Shown here piece after piece: positions 54,171-64,000 of a stretch of 64,000 bases of DNA (positions are counted from its first letter, which is position 1; every line of letters begins with the position of its first letter). Under the pieces are notes generated by a model. That model was not told where the DNA came from, made no database searches, and saw nothing but the letters and a program-made list of their open reading frames with translations. Origin of the DNA: Paragordius varius (taxonomy: Eukaryota; Animalia; Nematomorpha); NCBI GenBank assembly GCA_964247055.1, contig OZ176050.1, forward strand, positions 496,001 through 560,000, in the 5' to 3' direction. Both the position numbers and the translations under genes were made by a program.

Positions 54171-57100
54171 TAAATGGCTACCTAAAATCCAAATTTGATC
54201 AGGTGATTTCGCCATAATTTTTTTTGCGTAGTCCTATGGTAGTTCCATCATCACCCCAAATATTTTGGGGATCGGACTATAAATGTAATTTTTATGAATA
54301 TTTAAAAAATTTATTTTATACGATTTTAAAAATAAAAATGGCTACCTAAAATCTAAATTTGATCAGGTGATGTCACCATAATTTTTTTTGGGTAGCCCTA
54401 TGGTAGTTCCATCATCACCCCAAATATTGTCGAGATCGGAGTATAAATGTAATTTTTATGAATTTTTTAAATATTTAAAAAATTGATTTTATACGATTTT
54501 AAAAATAAAAATGGCTACCTAAAGTCCAAATTTTATCAGGTGATGTCACCATAATTTTTTTTGGGTAGCCCTATGGTAATTCCATCATCACCCCAAATAT
54601 TGTCGAGATCGGAGTATAAATGTAATTTTTATGAATTTTTTAAATATTTAAAAAATTTATTTTATACGATTTTAAAAATAAAAATGGCTACCTAAAATCC
54701 AAATTTGATCAGGTGATGTCGCCATAATTTTTTTTGGGTAGCCCTATAGTAGTTCCATCATCACCCCAAATATTTTCGAGATCGGAGTATAAATGTAATT
54801 TTTATGAATTTTTTAAATATTTAAAAAATTTATTTTATACGATTTTAAAAATAAAAATGGCTACCTAAAATCCAAATTTGATCAGGTGATGTCACTATAA
54901 TTTTTTTTGGGTAGCCCTATGGTAGTTCCATCATCACCCCAAATATTTTCGAGATCGGAGTATAAATGTAATTTTTATGAATTTTTTAAATATTTAAAAA
55001 ATTAATTTTATACGATTTTAAAATAAAAATGGCTACCTAAAATCCAAATTTTATCAGGTGATGTCACCATAATTTTTTTGGGTAGCCCTATGGTAGTTCC
55101 ATCATCACCCCAAATATTGTCGAGATCGGAGTATAAATGTAATTTTTTTGAATTTTTTAAATATTTAAAAAATTTATTTTATACGATTTTAAAAATAAAA
55201 ATGGCTACCTAAAATCCAAATTTGATCAGGTGATGTCACCATAATTTTTTTTGCGTAGCCCTATGGTAGTTCCATCATCACCCCAAATATTTTGGGGATC
55301 GGACTATAAATGTAATTTTTATGAATTTTTTAAATATTTAAAAAATTTATTTTATACGATTTTAAAAATAAAAATGGCTACCTAAAATCCAAATTTGATC
55401 AGGTGATGTCGCCATAATTTTTTTTGGGTAGCGCTATGGTAGTTCCATCATAACCCCAAATATTTTTGAGATCGGACTTTAAATGTAATTTTTATGAATT
55501 TTTTAAATATTTAAAAAATTTATTTTATACGATTTTAAAAATAAAAATGGCTACCTAAAATCCAAATTTGATCAGGTGATGTCGCCATAATTTTTTTTGC
55601 GTAGTCCTATGGTAGTTCCATCATCACCCCAAATATTTTGGGGATCGGACTATAAATGTAATTTTTATGAATATTTAAAAAATTTATTTTATACGATTTT
55701 AAAAATAAAAATGGCTACCTAAAATCCAAATTTGATCAGGTGATGTCACCATAATTTTTTTTGCGTAGCCCTATAGTAGTTCCATCATCACCCCAAATAT
55801 TTTGGGGATCGGAGTATAAATGTAATTTTTATGAATTTTTTAAATATTTAAAAAATTTATTTTATACGATTTTAAAAATAAAAATGGCTACCTAAAATCC
55901 AAATTTGATCAGGTGATGTCGCCATAATTTTTTTTGGGTAGCCCTATGGTAGTTCCATCATCACCCCAAATATTTTCGAGATCGGAGTATAAATGTAATT
56001 TTTATGAATTTTTTAAATATTTAAAAAATTAATTTTATACGATTTTAAAATAAAAATGGCTACCTAAAATCCAAATTTTATCAGGTGATGTCACCATAAT
56101 TTTTTTTGGGTAGCCCTATGGTAGTTCCATCATCACCCCAAATATTGTCGAGATCGGAGTATAAATGTAATTTTTTTGAATTTTTTAAATATTTAAAAAA
56201 TTTATTTTATACGATTTTAAAAATAAAAATGGCTACCTAAAATCCAAATTTGATCAGGTGATGTCACCATAATTTTTTTTGCGTAGCCCTATGGTAGTTC
56301 CATCATCACCCCAAATATTTTGGGGATCGGACTATAAATGTAATTTTTATGAATTTTTTAAATATTTAAAAAATTTATTTTATACGATTTTAAAAATAAA
56401 AATGGCTACCTAAAATCCAAATTTGATCAGGTGATGTCACCATAATTTTTTTTGCGTAGCCCTATGGTAGTTCCATCATCACCCCAAATATTTTGGGGAT
56501 CGGACTATAAATGTAATTTTTATGAATTTTTTAAATATTTAAAAAATTTATTTTATACGATTTTAAAAATAAAAATGGCTACCTAAAATCCAAATTTGAT
56601 CAGGTGATGTCGCCATAATTTTTTTTGGGTAGCCCTATGGTAGTTCCATCATCACCCCAAATATTTTAGGGATCGGACTATAAATGTAATTTTTATGAAT
56701 TTTTTAAATATTTAAAAAATTTATTTTATACGATTTTAAAAATAAAAATGGCTACCTAAAATCCAAATTTGATCACGTGATGTCACCATAATTTTTTTTG
56801 GGTAGCCCTATGGTAGTTTCATCATCACTCCAAATATTTTGGGGATCGGACTATAAATGTAATTTTTATGAATTTTTTAAATATTTAAAAAATTTATTTT
56901 ATACGATTTTAAAAATATAAATGGCTACCTAAAATCCAAATTTGATCAGGTGATGTCGCCATAATTTTTTTTGCGTAGTCCTATGGTAGTTCCATCATCA
57001 CCCCAAATATTTTGGGGATCGGACTATAAATGTAATTTTTATGAATATTTAAAAAATTTATTTTATACGATTTTAAAAATAAAAATGGCTACCTAAAATC

Positions 57101-57437
57101 CAAATTTGATCAGGTGATGTCACCATAATTTTTTTTGGGTAGCCCTATGGTAATTCCATCATCACCCCAAATATTGTCGAGATCGGAGTATAAATGTAAT
57201 TTTTATGAATTTTTTAAATATTTAAAAAATTGATTTTATACGATTTTAAAAATAAAAATGGCTACCTAAAATCCAAATTTGATCAGGTGATGTCACTATA
57301 ATTTTTTTTGGGTAGCCCTATGGTAGTTCCATCATCACCCCAAATATTTTCGAGATCGGAGTATAAATGTAATTTTTATGAATTTTTTAAATATTTAAAA
57401 AATTTATTTTATACGATTTTAAAAATAAAAATGGCTA

Positions 57438-60400
57438 CCTAAAATCCAAATTTGATCAGGTGATGTCGCCATAATTTTTTTTGGGTAGCCCTATGGTAGT
57501 TCCATCATCACCCCAAATATTTTTGAGATCGGACTTTAAATGTAATTTTTATCAATTTTTTAAATATTTAAAAAATTTATTTTATACGATTTTAAAAATA
57601 AAAATGGCTACCTAAAATCCAAATTTGATCAGGTGATGCCACCATAATTTTTTTTGGGTAGCCCTATGGTAGTTCCATCATCACCCCAAATATTTTCGAG
57701 ATCGGAGTATAAATGTAATTTTTATGAATTTTTTAAATATTTAAAAAATTTATTTTATACGATTTTAAAAATAAAAATGGCTACCTAAAATCCAAATTTG
57801 ATCAGGTGATGTCACCATAATTTTTTTTGGGTAGCCCTATGGTAGTTCCATCATCACCCCAAATATTTTCGAGATCGGAGTATAAATGTAATTTTTATGA
57901 ATTTTTTAAATATTTAAAAAATTTATTTTATACGATATTAAAAATAAAAATGGCTACCTAAAATCCAAATTTGATCAGGTGATGTCACCATAATTTTTTT
58001 TGGGTAGCCCTATGGTAATTCCATCATCACCCCAAATATTTTCGAGATCGGAGTATAAATGTAATTTTTATGAATTTTTTAAATATTTAAAAAATTTATT
58101 TTATACGATTTTAAAAATAAAAATGGCTACCTAAAATCCAAATTTGATCAGGTGATGTCACTATAATTTTTTTTGGGTAGCCCTATGGTAGTTCCATCAT
58201 CACCCCAAATATTTTGGGGATCGGACTATAAATGTAATTTTTATGAATTTTTTAAATTTTTAAAAATTTATTTTATACGATTTTAAAAATAAAAATGGCT
58301 ACCTAAAATCCAAATTGATCAGGTGATGTCACCATAATTTTTTTTGGGTAGCCCTATAATAGTTCCATCATCACCCCAAATATTTTCGAGATCGGAATAT
58401 AAATGTAATTTTTATGAATTTTTTAAATATTTAAAAAATTTATTTTATACGATTTTAAAAATAAAAATGGCTACCTAAAATCCAAATTTGATCAGGTGAT
58501 GTCACCATAATTTTTTTTGCGTAGCCCTATGGTAGTTCCATCATCACCTCAAATATTTTCGAGATCGGAGTATAAATGTAATTTTTATGAATTTTTTAAA
58601 TATTTAAAAAATTTATTTTATACGATTGTAAAAATAAAAATGGCTACCTAAAATCCAAATTTGATCAGGTGATGTCACTATAATTTTTTTGGGTAGCCCT
58701 ATGGTAGTTCCATCATCACCCCAAATATTTTCAAGATCGGAGTATAAATGTAATTTTTATGAATTTTTTAAATATTTAAAAAATTTATTTTATACGATTT
58801 TAAAAATAAAAATGGCTACCTAAAATCCAAATTTGATCAGGTGATGTCGCCATAATTTTTTTTGGGTAGCCCTATGGTAGTTCCATCATCACCCCAAATA
58901 TTTTTGAGATCGGACTTTAAATGTAATTTTTATGAATTTTTTAAATATTTAAAAAATTTATTTTATACGATTTTAAAAATAAAAATGGCTACCTAAAATC
59001 CAAATTTGATCAGGTGATGCCACCATAATTTTTTTTGGGTAGCCCTATGTAGTTCCATCATCACCCCAAATATTTTCGAGATCGGAGTATAAATGTAATT
59101 TTTATGAATTTTTTAAATATTTAAAAAATTTATTTTATACGATTTTAAAAATAAAAATGGCTACCTAAAATCCAAATTTGATCAGGTGATGTCACCATAA
59201 TTTTTTTTGGGTAGCCCTATGGTAGTTCCATCATCACCCCAAATATTTTCGAGATCGGAGTATAAATGTAATTTTTATGAATTTTTTAAATATTTAAAAA
59301 ATTTATTTTATACGATATTAAAAATAAAAATGGCTACCTAAAATCCAAATTTGATCAGGTGATGTCACCTTAATTTTTTTTGGGTAGCCCTATGGTAATT
59401 CCATCATCACCCCAAATATTGTCGAGATCGGAGTATAAATGTAATTTTTATGAATTTTTTAAATATTTAAAAAATTTATTTTATACGATTTTAAAAATAA
59501 AAATGGCTACCTAAAATCCAAATTTGATCAGGAGATGTCGCCATAATTTTTTTTGGGTAGCCCTATAGTAGTTCCATCATCACCCCAAATATTTTCGAGA
59601 TCGGAGTATAAATGTAATTTTTATGAATTTTTTAAATATTTAAAAAATTTATTTTATACGATTTTAAAAATAAAAATGGCTACCTAAAATCCAAATTTGA
59701 TCAGGTGATGTCACTATAATTTTTTTTGGGTAGCCCTATGGTAGTTCCATCATCACCCCAAATATTTTGGGGATCGGACTATAAATGTAATTTTTATGAA
59801 TTTTTTAAATTTTTAAAAATTTATTTTATACGATTTTAAAAATAAAAATGGCTACCTAAAATCCAAATTGATCAGGTGATGTCACCATAATTTTTTTTGG
59901 GTAGCCCTATGGTAGTTCCATCATCACCCCAAATATTTTCGAGATCGGAGTATAAATGTAATTTTTATGAATTTTTTAAATATTTAAAAAATTTATTTTA
60001 TACGATATTAAAAATAAAAATGGATACCTAAAATCCAAATTTGATCAGGTGATGTCACCATAATTTTTTTTGGGTAGCCCTATGGTAATTCCATCATCAC
60101 CCCAAATATTGTCGAGATCGGAGTATAAATGTAATTTTTATGAATTTTTTAAATATTTAAAAAATTTATTTTATACGATTTTAAAAATAAAAATGGCTAC
60201 CTAAAATCCAAATTTGATCAGGTGATGTCGCCATAATTTTTTTTGGGTAGCCCTATAGTAGTTCCATCATCACCCCAAATATTTTCGAGATCGGAGTATA
60301 AATGTAATTTTTATGAATTTTTTAAATATTTAAAAAATTTATTTTATACGATTTTAAAAATAAAAATGGCTACCTAAAATCCAAATTTGATCAGGTGATG

Positions 60401-63400
60401 TCACTATAATTTTTTTGGGTAGCCCTATGGTAGTTCCATCATCACCCCAAATATTTTGGGGATCGGACTATAAATGTAATTTTTATGAATTTTTTAAATT
60501 TTTAAAAATTTATTTTATACGATTTTAAAAATAAAAATGGCTACCTAAAATCCAAATTGATCAGGTGATGTCACCATAATTTTTTTTGGGTAGCCCTATG
60601 GTAGTTCCATCATCACCCCAAATATTTTCGAGATCGGAATATAAATGTAATTTTTATGAATTTTTTAAATATTTAAAAAATTTATTTTATACGATTTTAA
60701 AAATAAAAATGGCTACCTAAAATCCAAATTTGATCAGGTGATGTCACCATAATTTTTTTTGCGTAGCCCTATGGTAGTTCCATCATCACCTCAAATATTT
60801 TCGAGATCGGAGTATAAATGTAATTTTTATGAATTTTTTAAATATTTAAAAAATTTATTTTATACGATTGTAAAAATAAAAATGGCTACCTAAAATCCAA
60901 ATTTGATCAGGTGATGTCACTATAATTTTTTTGGGTAGCCCTATGGTAGTTCCATCATCACCCCAAATATTTTCAAGATCGGAGTATAAATGTAATTTTT
61001 ATGAATTTTTTAAATATTTAAAAAATTTATTTTATACGATTTTAAAAATAAAAATGGCTACCTAAAATCCAAATTTGATCAGGTGATGTCGCCATAATTT
61101 TTTTTGGGTAGCCCTATGGTAGTTCCATCATCACCCCAAATATTTTTGAGATCGGACTTTAAATGTAATTTTTATGAATTTTTTAAATATTTAAAAAATT
61201 TATTTTATACGATTTTAAAAATAAAAATGGCTACCTAAAATCCAAATTTGATCAGGTGATGCCACCATAATTTTTTTTGGGTAGCCCTATGTAGTTCCAT
61301 CATCACCCCAAATATTTTCGAGATCGGAGTATAAATGTAATTTTTATGAATTTTTTAAATATTTAAAAAATTTATTTTATACGATTTTAAAAATAAAAAT
61401 GGCTACCTAAAATCCAAATTTGATCAGGTGATGTCACCATAATTTTTTTTGGGTAGCCCTATGGTAGTTCCATCATCACCCCAAATATTTTCGAGATCGG
61501 AGTATAAATGTAATTTTTATGAATTTTTTAAATATTTAAAAAATTTATTTTATACGATATTAAAAATAAAAATGGCTACCTAAAATCCAAATTTGATCAG
61601 GTGATGTCACCATAATTTTTTTTGGGTAGCCCTATGGTAATTCCATCATCACCCCAAATATTGTCGAGATCGGAGTATAAATGTAATTTTTATGAATTTT
61701 TTAAATATTAAAAAAATTTATTTTATACGATTTTAAAAATAAAAATGGCTACCTAAAATCCAAATTTGATCAGGTGATGTCGCCATAATTTTTTTTGGGT
61801 AGCCCTATAGTAGTTCCATCATCACCCCAAATATTTTCGAGATCGGAGTATAAATGTAATTTTTATGAATTTTTTAAATATTTAAAAAATTTATTTTATA
61901 CGATTTTAAAAATAAAAATGGCTACCTAAAATCCAAATTTGATCAGGTGATGTCACTATAATTTTTTTTGGGTAGCCCTATGGTAGTTCCATCATCACCC
62001 CAAATATTTTGGGGATCGGACTATAAATGTAATTTTTATGAATTTTTTAAATTTTTAAAAATTTATTTTATACGATTTTAAAAATAAAAATGGCTACCTA
62101 AAATCCAAATTGATCAGGTGATGTCACCATAATTTTTTTTGGGTAGCCCTATGGTAGTTCCATCATCACCCCAAATATTTTCGAGATCGGAATATAAATG
62201 TAATTTTTATGAATTTTTTAAATATTTAAAAAATTTATTTTATACGATTTTAAAAATAAAAATGGCTACCTAAAATCCAAATTTGATCAGGTGATGTCAC
62301 CATAATTTTTTTTGCGTAGCCCTATGGTAGATCCATCATCACCCCAAATATTTTCGAGATCGGAGTATAAATGTAATTTTTATGAATTTTTTAAATATTT
62401 AAAAAATTTATTTTATACGATTGTAAAAATAAAAATGGCTACCTAAAATCCAAATTTGATCAGGTGATGTCACTATAATTTTTTTGGGTAGCCCTATGGT
62501 AGTTCCATCATCACCCCAAATATTTTCAAGATCGGAGTATAAATGTAATTTTTATGAATTTTTTAAATATTTAAAAAATTTATTTTATACGGGCTACCTA
62601 AAATCCAAATTTGATCAGGTGATGTCACTATAATTTTTTTGGGTAGCCCTATGGTAGTTCCATCATCACCCCAAATATTGTCGAGATCGGAGTATAAATG
62701 TAATTTTTATGAATTTTTTAAATATTTAAAAAATTTATTTTATACGATTTTAAAAATAAAAATGGCTACCTAAAATCCAAATTTGATCAGGTGATGTCGC
62801 CATAATTTTTTTTGGGTAGCCCTATGGTAGTTCCATCATCACCCCAAATATTTTCGAGATCGGAGTATAAATGTAATTTTTATGAATTTTTTAAATATTT
62901 AAAAAATTTATTTTATACGATTTTAAAAATAAAAATGGCTACCTAAAATCCAAATTTGATCAGGTGATGTCACTATAATTTTTTTGGGTAGCCCTATGGT
63001 AGTTCCATCATCACCCCAAATATTGTCGAGATCGGAGTATAAATGTAATTTTTATGAATTTTTTAAATATTTAAAAAATTTATTTTATACGATTTTAAAA
63101 ATAAAAATGGCTACCTAAAATCCAAATTCGATCAGGTGATGTCGCCATAATTTTTTTTGGGTAGCCCTATGGTAGTTCCATCATCACCCCAAATATTTTC
63201 GAGATCGGAGTATAAATGTAATTTTTATGAATTTTTTAAATATTTAAAAAATTTATTTTATACGATTTTAAAAATAAAAATGGCTACCTAAAATCCAAAT
63301 TTGATCAGGTGATGTCACCATAATTTTTTTTGGGTAGCCCTATGGTAGTTCCATCATCACCCCAAATATTTTCGAGATCGGAGTATAAATGTAATTTTTA

Positions 63401-64000
63401 TGAATTTTTTAAATATTTAAAAAATTTATTTTATACGATATTAAAAATAAAAATGGCTACCTAAAATCCAAATTTGATCAGGTGATGTCACCATAATTTT
63501 TTTTGCGTAGCCCTATGGTAGTTCCATCATCACCTCAAATATTTTCGAGATCGGAGTATAAATGTAATTTTTATGAATTTTTTAAATATTTAAAAAATTT
63601 ATTTTATACGATTGTATAAATAAAAATGGCTACCTAAAATCCAAATTTGATCAGGTGATGTCACTATAATTTTTTTGGGTAGCCCTATGGTAGTTCCATC
63701 ATCACCCCAAATATTTTCAAGATCGGAGTATAAATGTAATTTTTATGAATTTTTTAAATATTTAAAAAATTTATTTTATACGATTTTAAAAATAAAAATG
63801 GCTACCTAAAATCCAAATTTGATCAGGTGATGTCGCCATAATTTTTTTTGGGTAGCCCTATGGTAGTTCCATCATCACCCCAAATATTTTTGAGATCGGA
63901 CTTTAAATGTAATTTTTATGAATTTTTTAAATATTTAAAAAATTTATTTTATACGATTTTAAAAATAAAAATGGCTACCTAAAATCCAAATTTGATCAGG
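57438..64000 (+). repeat. Terminal HOR domain with its own marker set: 8-mer (1381 bp), 13-mer (2242 bp), 9-mer, then degenerate copies
   Basis: gatgccacc lies at 57639, 59020 and 61262. The markers caaattgatc, aaatttttaaaaattt, ggaatata, cacctc+gattgta and tttcaag recur in fixed order. The 6-, 9- and 19-bp deletions of the central domain are absent. Confidence 0.85.

Larger units (their letters stand above)
1..64000 (+). repeat. Tandem satellite DNA array, 173-bp AT-rich monomer, about 370-375 head-to-tail copies, open at both window edges
   Basis: The unit cctaaaatccaaatttgatcaggtgatgtc...aaaataaaaatggcta recurs continuously from base 1 to 64000 in one orientation. Copies differ only by a few substitutions and short indels. 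The consensus has 46 G+C in 173 nt. No non-repeat sequence seen. Confidence 0.99.

Noticed and set aside
1-64000. CRISPR array
   Set aside because: There are no unique spacers; the entire 173-bp unit repeats, and no cas genes or leader are present.
1-64000. rRNA, tRNA, 5S, snRNA or histone tandem gene cluster; telomeric repeat
   Set aside because: No recognisable conserved RNA gene motifs, cloverleaf, long ORF or short G-rich telomeric unit.
1-64000. Embedded transposon, inversion or foreign insert
   Set aside because: Monomer phase and orientation are continuous throughout; every irregularity I found is a substitution or an indel of 19 bp or less.

Overview
The whole 64-kb window is one uninterrupted head-to-tail tandem array of an AT-rich 173-bp monomer (roughly 370-375 copies, about 27% GC). 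All monomers are in one orientation, and I saw no unique sequence, inversion, transposon insertion, RNA gene, CRISPR spacer or credible CDS. It looks like eukaryotic satellite DNA of nucleosome-sized period, possibly centromeric or pericentromeric; organism and family cannot be assigned from the sequence alone. Modal monomer (8981-9153): cctaaaatccaaatttgatcaggtgatgtcaccataattttttttgggtagccctatggtagttccatcatcaccccaaatattttcgagatcggagtataaatgtaatttttatgaattttttaaatatttaaaaaatttattttatacgattttaaaaataaaaatggcta. The interesting content is structural. (1) The monomer is bipartite, and its ~94% AT half contains a perfect 24-bp palindrome and ~10-bp phased A/T tracts. (2) Diagnostic substitutions and 3/6/9/19-bp deletions define nested higher-order repeats and multi-kb tandem duplications with periods of 1379/1896, 5769, 3579, 3716, 2409 and 1381/2242 bp. 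(3) Rare markers are shared by both flanks of a younger central expansion. I found no evidence for a gene-encoded novel system. All counts and periods were read by eye and should be confirmed computationally.
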